The notes: generated by a model from the sequence alone, not told the origin. A stretch of DNA of 64,000 nt from Polyangiaceae bacterium (GCA_044222475.1 JBGANF010000018.1:21512-85511), one strand, 5' to 3'. Shown: positions 37,298 through 47,216, counted from the first letter of the stretch. Translations and numbers: made by a program.

Positions 37298-39660
37298 TTC
37301 TTTCCCGTCTTGAGGATCTCGGCCTCGATCTCGGGGACGGTGGTGCTGCTCTTCGTCTGGAACCCGCGCGCGAGGCGCCCATAGCCGCGCACCGCTTGAC
37401 CGGACTTCACCTCGAGGCCTTCGTCGCCCCCGAAGACCACGCGCAGGAGACACGGCCCCTTGGCGCATCCTTTGGCGTCGTCGACCACCATCAGCGCTTG
37501 GTGCTGCGACGTGCGCCCCTCGACGATGGTCCCCTCGAAGAAGACCATCTTGCCGACGTTGGCGTCGACGCTCGCACCGAACGAGTCGTAGCTCGCGAGC
37601 ACGTCGGTGCCCTTCGCCGCCGCGGTGAGCTCGGCGTCGACGTTGGCGACCCGTCGTACCACGAAGGTACCGGTGCGAGGCGCCATCGGCGACTTCGGGC
37701 TGGCGCTCGACGCCACGAGAGTGAACTTCGTCTCGCCGTCGGGGAGCTGCACTTCCTTCTCGAAGGTTCCGTCGGGCTTCACGTCCACGGCATCGCCGTT
37801 CAAGGTGAGCTTCGCGTCCTTGCTCGTCCGCCCGCTCACCCAGACGCTCTTCGCCGTCGTCACGTGGCGGGCGAGCGGGGCATCGAGGTGCAGGACCGGG
37901 ATCGCGACCTTCACGGTGACGTCTCCCTTGGCGGCATCGCCCTTCGCCGGCTTCACCTCGTACGACCACTTTCGGTCGATGCTCTTCGTCTCGTCGGCGA
38001 ACCCGGCGGTCTCGGCCGTGACGTCGAAGGACACGGACGCCTTTCCACTTCCGTCGAGGGTGACCGGCTTTCCGTCGACGCTGACGGTCGATCCGGGCAC
38101 CGCCTCGACGAGGACGCCGACCGAGGGGCTCGCGCCGTCGAGCTTCGCGAGATCGGCGCGGATGCGGTACGAGACCGGGATCTTCACCTTGACGACTTCG
38201 TCTCGTCCCATCGCGGGACGATCGATCGCGATCGCGAACTCGTTGTCGCCGATCTTGAGCGGCTCGGCGAGGTCGATGTCCGCTTCGTTGTGAGCGAACG
38301 TCGCCTTCGCGGTGCCGATCGCGGCCGTCGTGCCGTCGGCGCAGGTCGCGCACTTGAGATGGAGCTGCTCGTTGCCCGTCGCGCCGAGCTGCGCCGTCGC
38401 CACGATCGGCGCACCGCCGCGCATGAGGAACGCGATCACTCCGCCGATGAGCACCACGAGGACCAACCCGCCGATGGCGACGGCGGCGATCGGTACGCCG
38501 CGCTTCGCGGTGGGGCGCGGCGCCGAAGGCACCGGCTCCTCGAAGGTCGGTGCCTGCGGTGCCGGAACGATCGCCGGCAGCGGCGCAGCCGGCGCGGCAT
38601 GCACGGGCTGCATCGGCTGGCTCGCTTGGCCCGGGTTGATCGGCGCGATCCCGGGGGCCGCCACGCCGAGCATCGTTCGCATCCCCAGGTTGCCGCCCGG
38701 CGGCGCGGCAGGAGCCGAGTGCGTCGGCGCGATGCCCGGCACGGCGACGCCGAGCATCGTCTTCATCGGCACGTTGCCCTGCGGGGGAGCTTGCGGAGCC
38801 GGTTGCTGCGGCGGTGCGTGAGGTGCGGGCGCGGACGCGGTGAGCGGCGCGATGCCAGGGACGGCGACGCCGAGCATCGTCTTCGCGGCGATCGGCTCGC
38901 GACCTCGCGGCGCCTCGCCGTGCACGGCCGGTTGACCGACCGGCTGCGGCGCCTGCGGTGCCTGCGGTGCCGGTGCCTGCGGTGGAGGCGCTGCGGCCTG
39001 CAGCTGCGCCATCAGCTCGGGCGAAGGCACGCCCAGCATCGTCTTCGCGCCCAATCCTGCGGCCGGGGCGTTCGCTGGCGGCACGGCGTGGGGCGCGACC
39101 GGCGCCTGCGGCGCGACCGGCGCTGGGGCCGGCGCGGGTGCGGGAGGCGCGAGGTTGCGGAGGTCCGCCGGCGCCGAGAAGCCGAGCATCGTCCGCGCAG
39201 CGATGGGCACCGCAGCCGCCGGTGGCGGCGCGGACGCGGGCCGCGGCGGCTCGGGCGCGCGCGGCGGATGGGGCGCAGGGTCGACGACGTGCGGTTGGAT
39301 GGCGGGAGGCGGGTGCGCTAGAGGAGGACCCGCGATCGGCGAGGGCGACGGGGCGAACGGCTGCATCGGCGGAAACGCCGGCGCTTGAGGGAAGGTCGGA
39401 GGCGCTGGCGTTGCCGCCATCGGCTGGGTCGTCGCGCTCTCCATCGTCGGCGGTGCTTGGGTCGCTGGCGCCGGCGACTGCGTCGTCGGCGTCGTGGGGA
39501 AGACCGGCACGCCGAGCTGCGTCTTGAGGAGATCGGGAGCGGGCGCCGCCGGCGGCGGTGCCGATGCAGCTCGCGGTGCGGGGCGCATGCCGCATCGACC
39601 GCAGAACTGCGCTTCGTCGGGCATGATGTTGCCGCAGTTCGTGCAGGCTCGGCCGCTCAT
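37294..39660 (-). CDS. Zinc-ribbon / Pro-rich / single-TM / periplasmic Ig-like plus OB-like protein
   Basis: CTNCG...FCGRCG; about 370 aa Pro/Ala-rich region with repeated (K/R)TMLG; TM VPIAAVAIGGLVLVVLIGGVIAFLM; VSGRT...LTLNG......DGTF...V.L.DG Ig-like segment. Confidence 0.75.
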   Translation of the reverse strand: MSGRACTNCGNIMPDEAQFCGRCGMRPAPRAASAPPPAAPAPDLLKTQLGVPVFPTTPTTQSPAPATQAPPTMESATTQPMAATPAPPTFPQAPAFPPMQPFAPSPSPIAGPPLAHPPPAIQPHVVDPAPHPPRAPEPPRPASAPPPAAAVPIAARTMLGFSAPADLRNLAPPAPAPAPAPVAPQAPVAPHAVPPANAPAAGLGAKTMLGVPSPELMAQLQAAAPPPQAPAPQAPQAPQPVGQPAVHGEAPRGREPIAAKTMLGVAVPGIAPLTASAPAPHAPPQQPAPQAPPQGNVPMKTMLGVAVPGIAPTHSAPAAPPGGNLGMRTMLGVAAPGIAPINPGQASQPMQPVHAAPAAPLPAIVPAPQAPTFEEPVPSAPRPTAKRGVPIAAVAIGGLVLVVLIGGVIAFLMRGGAPIVATAQLGATGNEQLHLKCATCADGTTAAIGTAKATFAHNEADIDLAEPLKIGDNEFAIAIDRPAMGRDEVVKVKIPVSYRIRADLAKLDGASPSVGVLVEAVPGSTVSVDGKPVTLDGSGKASVSFDVTAETAGFADETKSIDRKWSYEVKPAKGDAAKGDVTVKVAIPVLHLDAPLARHVTTAKSVWVSGRTSKDAKLTLNGDAVDVKPDGTFEKEVQLPDGETKFTLVASSASPKSPMAPRTGTFVVRRVANVDAELTAAAKGTDVLASYDSFGASVDANVGKMVFFEGTIVEGRTSQHQALMVVDDAKGCAKGPCLLRVVFGGDEGLEVKSGQAVRGYGRLARGFQTKSSTTVPEIEAEILKTGKK

Positions 39661-39739
39661 CGGTGGCTCCCTTGGCTTACGTCAAAGGGTCCGATACGTC
39701 CATTGCCATCCGCACGACTTCGCTGCATGTTCACGCCAC

Positions 39740-40939
39740 ATGTCACGAACACGAGCTTGGGCACGAACGTGGATGATGGCGACCGTTGCGACGGGGATCG
39801 CGGCCGGCTTCGCGGCGTGCACCGGGGACGACACCCCACCGGCGGTCTTTCCCGACGCAGGGAGTGACGTCGTCGTGGTCGACACCGGGACCGACGTCTC
39901 CACGCCCGACGCCGCTCCGCTCGAGAACGCGAAGGTCATCGTCGTGCACGCCTCGCCCGACGTACCCGCGGTTCGCGTGTGCTTCGGCATCGGAACGAAG
40001 GCCGACGGGAGCGACGCGATCCTCTCGCCGCTGCCGCCGCTGCCCGACGTGCGATCCTCGTCGGGACAGCCGTACCCCGGCGTGTTCCCTGGTTTCGGCG
40101 CGCAGATGCCCGACGTGAAGGTCGACCTCTCGCCGGTGGCCGTGACGCCGTTCGTCGTCTTCGCGTCCGCGGTGAAGGACGTCGAGCGCATCGACGGCGG
40201 CACCGCCGACGGCGGAGCGCTCGCCGGTTGCTCGAAGCTCATCGGTGGGGACGCGGCATCGCTGGTCGCAGGCGTCGACTACCTGAAGCTGCCGACGATC
40301 CCGCAGGGCACGCTCGCCAAGGGGACGACGCTGCTCCTCGCGATGACCGGCTGCCTGCCGATCGCCACCGACCCGAACGCGACCGCGGCGAAGTGCGGCA
40401 GCGACTACAACGGAGGCACCGGCAACGTCGCGGCCAAGCTCTTCGTCCTCGATCGGAAGCTCGGCGATCCGGCCAAGCTCGGCACCCGCGTCATCCACGC
40501 GTCGCAGCCGCTCGACGGAGTGAACACCGCGGCCGGATCGATCGGCCTCGTCGCGAGCCTCACCACCGTGTTCGACGGCGGAAGCGGCAGCCAGACGATC
40601 GTCGCCGCCGGCGACGGCTTCAAGTTCGGCGAGCAGAAGCCGACCGCTTCGCTCGGCGTGACGTTTCCGGTCGCCGCTGCCGACGGCACGTTCTCGATCG
40701 CCGGAGCCCTCGCCGACGGCGGAACCGTGAGCGCCGCGAGCTTCCCGCTCACGAACGTCCACGCGCTCTCCACCGGCGCCTCGACCGGTGCGGACGCGTA
40801 CTTCGGCAAAGGGCACAACGTCGCCTTCGTCGTCGTGGGAGATCCCAGCCAGTCGCTCGTGACCGACGCCGGCACGAACGGCACCGCGCTCCACGTCCTC
40901 GCGTTCCCGACGGATCCTCCGACCATCCCGTATCCCTGA
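39740..40939 (+). CDS. Lipoprotein with DUF4397-like domains
   Basis: Lipobox FAA-C; VIVVHASPDVPAVRVC and RVIHAS repeats. Confidence 0.65.
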   Translation: MSRTRAWARTWMMATVATGIAAGFAACTGDDTPPAVFPDAGSDVVVVDTGTDVSTPDAAPLENAKVIVVHASPDVPAVRVCFGIGTKADGSDAILSPLPPLPDVRSSSGQPYPGVFPGFGAQMPDVKVDLSPVAVTPFVVFASAVKDVERIDGGTADGGALAGCSKLIGGDAASLVAGVDYLKLPTIPQGTLAKGTTLLLAMTGCLPIATDPNATAAKCGSDYNGGTGNVAAKLFVLDRKLGDPAKLGTRVIHASQPLDGVNTAAGSIGLVASLTTVFDGGSGSQTIVAAGDGFKFGEQKPTASLGVTFPVAAADGTFSIAGALADGGTVSAASFPLTNVHALSTGASTGADAYFGKGHNVAFVVVGDPSQSLVTDAGTNGTALHVLAFPTDPPTIPYP

Positions 40940-40942
40940 GCC

Positions 40943-41776
40943 GTGCGGGTCTTCGTCCTCGCGAGCGGTTCTTCGGGGAACGCCATCGTCGTCGAAGAGG
41001 GCGGCGTGCGGATCCTCGTCGACGCGGGCGTCGGACCGAAGACGGCGGCCGCGCGCATGCGCTCGCTCGGCGAAGATCTCTTCCCGCGCGGCGTCGACGC
41101 GATCGTCGTCAGCCACCACCACGGCGATCACGCGGCCCAGCTCGAGCCGCTGGCTCGCGCCTTTCGCGCCCCGAAGCGCGATCACCTGCCAGCTGGCGCG
41201 GCGCCGATGGTGTGGCTCCACGACGGCATCGACGCCGTGCGGGTGCGCCATCGCTACGAGGTCGCGCGCTTCGTCGCCGGTGGCGGCTTCGACGTCGGGC
41301 CGCTCCGCGTCGAGACGATGCTCGTCCCTCACGACGCGCCGCAGGTCGCGATCGCCGTCCACGGACGCGATCACAGCGTCGGCATCGTTACCGATTTGGG
41401 ACAAGTCCCGGCGAAGCTCGTCGGCTTCCTCGGCCGGTGCAACACCGTCCTGCTCGAGGCGAACTACTGCCCGCGCCTCCTCGAAGCGGGGCCGTACCCT
41501 CCTCACCTCAAGCGCCGCGTGGCCGGCCCCCTCGGTCACCTCGCCAACGAGGATGCCGCCGCCCTCGTCGCCGCGCTCCGCAAAGAGAGCACCACCGCGG
41601 TGCACCTCTGCCATCTGTCCCGGACCAACAACGAGCCCGCGCGGGCCCTCCAGGCGGTCCGCGCCCGTGCCGGCGACCTGCCGGTCGACGTGCTCCCTCA
41701 CGGCGAGGCACGCCTGCTCGAGCTCGCGCCGCGGAGCCGCCCCAGCTTCGTCCAGGTGAGCCTTCCGTTCGCGTGA
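40943..41776 (+). CDS. MBL-fold metallo-hydrolase (YycJ/WalJ-like)
   Basis: LASGSSGNA, LVDAG, SHHHGDH, PHDA, TDLG, LEANY, GPYP..LKRR, GHLAN, HLSRTNN. Confidence 0.9.
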   Translation: MRVFVLASGSSGNAIVVEEGGVRILVDAGVGPKTAAARMRSLGEDLFPRGVDAIVVSHHHGDHAAQLEPLARAFRAPKRDHLPAGAAPMVWLHDGIDAVRVRHRYEVARFVAGGGFDVGPLRVETMLVPHDAPQVAIAVHGRDHSVGIVTDLGQVPAKLVGFLGRCNTVLLEANYCPRLLEAGPYPPHLKRRVAGPLGHLANEDAAALVAALRKESTTAVHLCHLSRTNNEPARALQAVRARAGDLPVDVLPHGEARLLELAPRSRPSFVQVSLPFA

Positions 41777-41810
41777 CAAAAGCCAGGCCTTTGGTAAAAG
41801 AGCCCTCCCC

Positions 41811-42089
41811 ATGTCCCGCATCGTCCACTGCAAGAAGCTCGACAAAGACCTCCCTGGGCTCGAGCGGCCGCCGTACAAAAACGATCTCGGCAAGCGCATC
41901 TACGAGGAGATCTCGAAAGAGGCCTGGGACATGTGGCTCAAGGACTCGGTGAAGTTCGTGAACACCTACCGGATCGACCTCGCGTCGTCGGAGGGTCAGA
42001 AGTTCATGTTCAAGCAGTGCGCCGTCTACTTCGGCTTCGAAGAAGGCGAGCTCGCCCAGACCGCTTTCGTCCCGGCGCCCGAAAAATGA
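41811..42089 (+). CDS. yggX: Fe(II)-trafficking / oxidative damage protection protein
   Basis: MSRIVHCKKL.....GL..PPY...LGKRIYEEISKEAW..W. Confidence 0.92.
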   Translation: MSRIVHCKKLDKDLPGLERPPYKNDLGKRIYEEISKEAWDMWLKDSVKFVNTYRIDLASSEGQKFMFKQCAVYFGFEEGELAQTAFVPAPEK

Positions 42090-45000
42090 CGATGCAGTCG
42101 AGCCCGCGCCCCTCCGCTCCGGGTCCGTTCGCGCGCACGGTGAAGGACGAGCTCACCCTCGGCGTCCCGGGCTTCCGCTTCCACGATCTCTTCGAGCCGC
42201 TGCGCTTGGCCGAGCTCCACGGGGTCTTCCAGCGCTTCTTCCAGGAGCGCGCGCCCGACGCGTTCGCGCAGTTCTCCGCGTACGAGAAGTGTCTCGGCGA
42301 AGGGATGACGGCCGAGGCGAAGAGCGAAGCGCTCCTCGCCGCTGCTCCCCACGTCAGCGCGTTCCTCGCGAAGCTCTTCTCCGTCGAGCGCGACGCGGAA
42401 GCCCTCGCCGCCGAGGTCCGCGATCGTCACCCGCTCTGGCGCTTCAAGCGCGACTTCGCCAAGAAGCGCGTCCTGCGCGACGGGGCAGGGAAGGCGTTCA
42501 AGGAAGCCCACACCGACCGCGCCGACGATTTCGCCAAGCGCGTCCTCGCCGTGCTCGCGCCCAACCGACCCGGCATCGACGACGAGCTCGCCGTCGCGAC
42601 CGCCACGATCGACGTCCTCGAGATCGACGACGTCGCCCGCAAGGCCAAGAAGGCCGGCGGCGCCACCTGGACCGACGCCCTCCGCGAGCGCGCCGGAAAG
42701 TTGTACTCTACACTGATCGCCGACCCGGCGCTGAAGGCCAGCCTCGCCACCATCGACCCCTCGACCGACGACGGTCGGGCCGCGCTCGCCGCGTTCACGC
42801 TCGACGCGCTCGAGCTCGCGCTGATGCTCCGCCATCGCGACCACCACGATCCCGCGTCGCGTTGGGCTTCGCTCAAGGCGCCGAAGAACCTCGACTACGC
42901 TCACCTCGTCCACCTCCGCCGCCCGGACGACAAGCTCCCGGAGCTCTTCGTCGGCCCCGACGATCACCGCCGCCAGCGAGCCGACTTCAAGCTCACCGAC
43001 AAGCGCGGCACCGCGCGCGAGGTCGAAGGCGAGGTGGACTACTGCCTCTACTGCCACAACCGCGACAAGGACTCGTGCAGCAAGGGCTTCCGCGACCCGA
43101 AGGCTGGCGCGGACGGCCACTCCGAGTTCAAGAAGAACCCGCTCGGCGTCGATCTCCGCGGCTGCCCGCTCGAAGAGAAGATCAGCGAGATGCACACGAT
43201 GCGACGCGACGGCGACTCGATCGCCGCGCTCGCCCTCGTCACGCTCGACAACCCGATGTGCCCCGGCACCGGTCACCGCATCTGCAACGACTGCATGAAG
43301 GCCTGCATCTTCCAGAAGCAGGAGCCGGTGAACATCCCGCAGATCGAGACGCGCGTGCTCACCGAGGTGCTCTCGCTGCCGTGGGGCCTCGAGATCTACG
43401 GGCTCCTGACGCGCTGGAACCCGCTGCACGTGAAGCGCCCGACGATGCTCCCCTACAACGGGAAGAACGTCATGGTCGTCGGCCTCGGGCCCGCCGGCTA
43501 CACGCTCGCGCACCACCTCGCGTGCGAGGGCTTCGGCGTCGTCGCGGTCGACGGTCTCAAGATCGAACCGCTGCCGTTCTCGCTCACCGGCGGCTACGTC
43601 GCGAGCGACGGAAGCTCTCCGGCCGTGGGCGTCCCGGCGACGCAGTGGGTCGCGCCCGAGCCGGTGCGCGAGGCGATGAGCATCTACGGAAAGCTCGACG
43701 AGCGCATCCTCCTCGGCTTCGGCGGCGTCAGCGAGTACGGGATCACCGTTCGCTGGGACAAGAACTTCCTCACGCTCGTCTACTTGATGCTCGCGCGCAG
43801 CCGGCACCTGCGGGTCTACGGTGGCGTGCGTTTCGGCGGGACCATCACCCTCGAGGACGCGTGGCGTCTCGGCATCGACCACGTCGCGATCGCGGCGGGC
43901 GCCGGTCGTCCCACCCTCATCGACATCAAGAACAACCTCGCGCGCGGCATCCGCAAGGCGTCGGACTTCCTCATGGCGCTGCAGCTGACCGGCGCCTACA
44001 AGAAGAGTAGCATCGCGAACCTCCAGGTGAGCCTCCCCGCGATCGTGATCGGCGGCGGCCTCACCGCGATCGACACGGCGACCGAGCTTCTCGCGTACTA
44101 CCAAGTCCAGGTCGAGAAGACGGTCGAGCGGTTCGATGCGCTCGAGCGCGACCTCGGCAAGGACGCGGTGCGAAAGCTCTTCGACGACGAAGAGTGGGAG
44201 CAGCTCCAAGAGCACCTCGCTCACGGGCGAGAGCTGCGCGTCGAGCGCGAGTCGGCAGATCGCGAGAAGCGCGTCCCCAACGTGCAGCGCCTGCTCGACT
44301 CGTGGGGTGGCGTCACGCTCGTCTACCGCAAGGGCCTCAACGACTCGCCGGCGTATCGCCTCAACCACGAAGAGGTCGAGAAGAGCCTCGAGGAAGGCGT
44401 CCGCTACGTCGAGCACATGTCGCCGCTCGAGGCCGTCCTCGGCGAGACGGGCCACGTGAAGGCCATGAAGTTCCGCCGGGCCGACGGCTCGGTGATCGAG
44501 CTCCCGGCGAAGACGGTCTGCGTCGCCGCCGGCACGAGCCCGAACGTCACCTACGAGAAGGAGCACAAAGGCACCTTCCAGCTCGACAAACGCGGTCAGT
44601 ACTTCCAGGCGCACTGCGCGACACGCAAGAGCGGCGAGCTCACCGTGGAGCCGGTCTCGAACGCGAAGGAGGGCTTCTTCACGAGCTACCTCCACGACGG
44701 GAAGACGGTCTCCTTCTACGGGGACAACCACCCGTACTACGCGGGCAGCGTCGTCAAAGCGATGGCGAGCGCGAAGGACGGCTACCCGCACGTCAGCGCG
44801 CTCTTCCCCGAGACGAAGACCCTCGACCCGAAGGACCAGCCCGCGCGCGACAAGAAGCTCCGCGCGCTCTACGCGAAGCTCGATGGCGAGCTCCTCGCGA
44901 CCGTCGTCGCGGTGCACCGCCTCACGAAGACCATCGTCGAGGTCGTCGTCCACGCGCCGCTCGCGGCGCGCAAGTTCCAGCCCGGTCAGTTCTACCGCCT

Positions 45001-45874
45001 GCAGAACTTCGAGACGCGCGCGAAGGTCGTGTCCGGCACGCGGCTCGCGATGGAGGGGCTCGCGCTCACCGGCGCCTGGGTCGACGTCGAGAAGGGCCTG
45101 ATGGGCACCATCGTCCTCGAGATGGGCGGGAGCTCGCGCCTCTGCGCCGCGCTCGAGCCCGGCGAGCCGATCGTACTCATGGGGCCGACCGGCACACCGA
45201 CCGAGATCGGCGACAAGGAGACGGTCCTCCTCGCGGGCGGCGGCCTCGGCAACGCGGTTCTCTTCTCGATCGCGCGCGCGTTCAAGGCGCACGGCTCGAA
45301 GGTCCTCTACTTCGCCGGCTACAAGGATGGCGCCGACGTCTTCAAGATGGACGACATCGAAGCGGCGACGGATCAGATCGTCTGGGCGACCGACACCGGC
45401 GTCGAGATCGCGCCGCGCCGCCCGCAGGACGTCCACTTCCGCGGCAACATCGTCCAGGCGATGATCGCTTACGGAAAGGGCGAGCTACCCGGGTGCCGCC
45501 CGGTAGCGAAGCTCTCCGAGGTGAACCGCATCATCGCCATCGGCTCCGATCGCATGATGGCGGCGGTGAAGGACGCGCGCCACGGCGTCCTCCAACCGCT
45601 GCTCGACCCGCGTCACATCGCCATCGGGAGCATCAACTCGCCGATGCAGTGCATGATGAAGGAGGTCTGCGCGCAGTGCCTCCAGAAGCACATCGACCCG
45701 CGGACCGGCAAGGAGACGGTCGTCTTCTCCTGCTACAACCAGGACCAAGAGCTCGACTCGGTCGACTTCGCGCACCTGCGGCAGCGCCTGCGCACGAACT
45801 CGATGCAGGAGAAGCTCGCCAACGCGTGGCTCGATCATCTCCTCGTGAAGAACCCGGGTTTGCTCCTGGTCTGA
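42086..45874 (+). CDS. Large FAD/Fe-S oxidoreductase: GltD/NfnB-like domain fused to PyrK/NfnA-like domain
   Basis: CLYC...C...GCP, CPGTGHRICNDCMKAC, VVGLGPAG, GFGGVSEYGI, VIGGGLTAID; C-terminal ARKFQPGQF, MGPTG.P, GGGLG.A, MQCMMKEVCAQC...FSC. ATG overlaps the yggX stop. Confidence 0.85.
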   Translation: MTMQSSPRPSAPGPFARTVKDELTLGVPGFRFHDLFEPLRLAELHGVFQRFFQERAPDAFAQFSAYEKCLGEGMTAEAKSEALLAAAPHVSAFLAKLFSVERDAEALAAEVRDRHPLWRFKRDFAKKRVLRDGAGKAFKEAHTDRADDFAKRVLAVLAPNRPGIDDELAVATATIDVLEIDDVARKAKKAGGATWTDALRERAGKLYSTLIADPALKASLATIDPSTDDGRAALAAFTLDALELALMLRHRDHHDPASRWASLKAPKNLDYAHLVHLRRPDDKLPELFVGPDDHRRQRADFKLTDKRGTAREVEGEVDYCLYCHNRDKDSCSKGFRDPKAGADGHSEFKKNPLGVDLRGCPLEEKISEMHTMRRDGDSIAALALVTLDNPMCPGTGHRICNDCMKACIFQKQEPVNIPQIETRVLTEVLSLPWGLEIYGLLTRWNPLHVKRPTMLPYNGKNVMVVGLGPAGYTLAHHLACEGFGVVAVDGLKIEPLPFSLTGGYVASDGSSPAVGVPATQWVAPEPVREAMSIYGKLDERILLGFGGVSEYGITVRWDKNFLTLVYLMLARSRHLRVYGGVRFGGTITLEDAWRLGIDHVAIAAGAGRPTLIDIKNNLARGIRKASDFLMALQLTGAYKKSSIANLQVSLPAIVIGGGLTAIDTATELLAYYQVQVEKTVERFDALERDLGKDAVRKLFDDEEWEQLQEHLAHGRELRVERESADREKRVPNVQRLLDSWGGVTLVYRKGLNDSPAYRLNHEEVEKSLEEGVRYVEHMSPLEAVLGETGHVKAMKFRRADGSVIELPAKTVCVAAGTSPNVTYEKEHKGTFQLDKRGQYFQAHCATRKSGELTVEPVSNAKEGFFTSYLHDGKTVSFYGDNHPYYAGSVVKAMASAKDGYPHVSALFPETKTLDPKDQPARDKKLRALYAKLDGELLATVVAVHRLTKTIVEVVVHAPLAARKFQPGQFYRLQNFETRAKVVSGTRLAMEGLALTGAWVDVEKGLMGTIVLEMGGSSRLCAALEPGEPIVLMGPTGTPTEIGDKETVLLAGGGLGNAVLFSIARAFKAHGSKVLYFAGYKDGADVFKMDDIEAATDQIVWATDTGVEIAPRRPQDVHFRGNIVQAMIAYGKGELPGCRPVAKLSEVNRIIAIGSDRMMAAVKDARHGVLQPLLDPRHIAIGSINSPMQCMMKEVCAQCLQKHIDPRTGKETVVFSCYNQDQELDSVDFAHLRQRLRTNSMQEKLANAWLDHLLVKNPGLLLV

Positions 45875-45880
45875 TCCGTC

Positions 45881-46017
45881 CGTGATCGTTGACGTTGACG
45901 TTGACGGCGACGGCGACGGCGACGGCGACGGGGCGCTCCCCGTCGCGTCCACGCGCGCCGACCACGTCGCCTTCGCCGTTCACGACCACGTCAACGATCA
46001 CGTCAACGTCAACGTCG
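45881..46017. repeat. Hexamer tandem repeats arranged as an imperfect inverted repeat
   Basis: (GTTGAC)3(GGCGAC)4 on the left; complementary CGTCGC/CGTCAA/CACGAC units on the right. Confidence 0.75.
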
Positions 46018-46038
46018 GCGTTGCGATCGACAAAGCAA

Positions 46039-46067
46039 GAAAACCGGCGCATGCGGCGCCGGTTTTC
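46039..46067. terminator. Bidirectional terminator hairpin between convergent genes
   Basis: GAAAACCGGCGC-ATGCG-GCGCCGGTTTTC. Confidence 0.8.
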
Positions 46068-46087
46068 GTGGCTCGATCCGGGACGGC

Positions 46088-47170
46088 TCAGTTCACCGCC
46101 GGGCCCACCGTCTGGCAGCCGAGCACGACGTCGATGATGCCGCTCTTGTCCTTCTGGACGGTGTCGCACGTGCCGCCGCAGAGCAGGATCTTCTTCGGCG
46201 CCTTCGGGTCGTCGTAGCGCCAGCCGGTGCCGCCCGTGCAGTCCGGGTTGTAGCTCAGCGTCTGCGCCACCGAGTTCGTCGGCGTGAAGACGATGTTCAC
46301 CTTGCCGGGCTCGAAGGTCTTGCCCTGCGGCGCCGGCGGGATCGCGTACTCGCACGCGAGGACCATGCCGCGGATCGTGTCGAGCGCCTTCTGGAAGTCG
46401 GTCGCCGTCTGCGCGGGGTTGTTCGTCGAGACGACCGTCGCTTGCTTCGTGCCGCCCGCCATCGCGATCGCGTTGAGGTTGTTCACGTTGCCGACGCCGA
46501 CGACGTAGGTCGGGATGCCGGAGTTGTACGCGTTCTGGGCCTCGGTCGAGACCGCCTGGACGGTGCTCGAGCAGTCGTTCGGCTCACCGTCGGTGACGAG
46601 CACGATCGCGACCTTCGACGTCTCGTTCGAGCCGAGCGACTTGGCGTACTGAATCGCGCCTTGGAGCGCGGGCAGCGTCGGCGTTCCGCCGTTCGGCGAC
46701 TGGTTGTTGAGCGCGCTCGTGAACGTGGTCGCGTCGGGGAGCGCGCGCATCGGCACCGTCGGCGCGGCGAAGATCGACGAGCTGCACTGGGTACCTTGCG
46801 GGAAGAAGGAGAGGCTCGCGCTGATGCCCTTCGTGTTGGGATCGGCGAAGAACGAGTTGAATCCGGTCTTGCACGACGTCCACTTGCTGTCCGTCGTCAT
46901 GCTCCCGGACTTGTCGTACATGACGACGAGCTTCACCGGCAGCGCCTCCGGCTTCGCCGAAGCGGTCGCGCACTTCTGCAGATCCTCCGGAGTCTGCGTG
47001 CCGCCGTCACCACCGAGCGTCGGGTTCTTCCCGCCGTCGCCGGCGTTGAACTGCGGGTCGTTCGGGTTCGCGGTGCCGTTGAAGGTCCCATCATCCGGGT
47101 TGCCTCCGCATGCGACGGCGGCAACGGCGACGATCGATGCGAGCGGGAGGACGAAGTTCTTCAGGTTCAC
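46088..47170 (-). CDS. VWA-domain lipoprotein
   Basis: SD GGAGG then GTG; lipobox AVA-C; YDKSGSM, GGTPT.PAL, VLVTDGEP, TYVVGV; paralog of 20243-21988. Confidence 0.88.
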   Translation of the reverse strand: MNLKNFVLPLASIVAVAAVACGGNPDDGTFNGTANPNDPQFNAGDGGKNPTLGGDGGTQTPEDLQKCATASAKPEALPVKLVVMYDKSGSMTTDSKWTSCKTGFNSFFADPNTKGISASLSFFPQGTQCSSSIFAAPTVPMRALPDATTFTSALNNQSPNGGTPTLPALQGAIQYAKSLGSNETSKVAIVLVTDGEPNDCSSTVQAVSTEAQNAYNSGIPTYVVGVGNVNNLNAIAMAGGTKQATVVSTNNPAQTATDFQKALDTIRGMVLACEYAIPPAPQGKTFEPGKVNIVFTPTNSVAQTLSYNPDCTGGTGWRYDDPKAPKKILLCGGTCDTVQKDKSGIIDVVLGCQTVGPAVN

Positions 47171-47200
47171 GGGGACCTCCAAAGTGGTTGCAGACCACAC

Positions 47201-47216
47201 TGCAACCACCGTTCCA
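47201..47216 (-). promoter_or_regulatory. Putative sigma-54 promoter of the VWA lipoprotein gene
   Basis: Minus strand reads TGGAAC-GGTGG-TTGCA. Confidence 0.6.

Noticed and set aside
38640..38890. DNA direct repeats that could mimic a CRISPR array
   Set aside because: They are in-frame coding repeats (TMLGVAxPGIAP) with synonymous variation, and no cas genes are present.
45882..46217. ORFs reading VDVDVDGDGDG / TLTLTATATA
   Set aside because: These are translations of the hexamer repeat. They cross a terminator and overlap the convergent gene.
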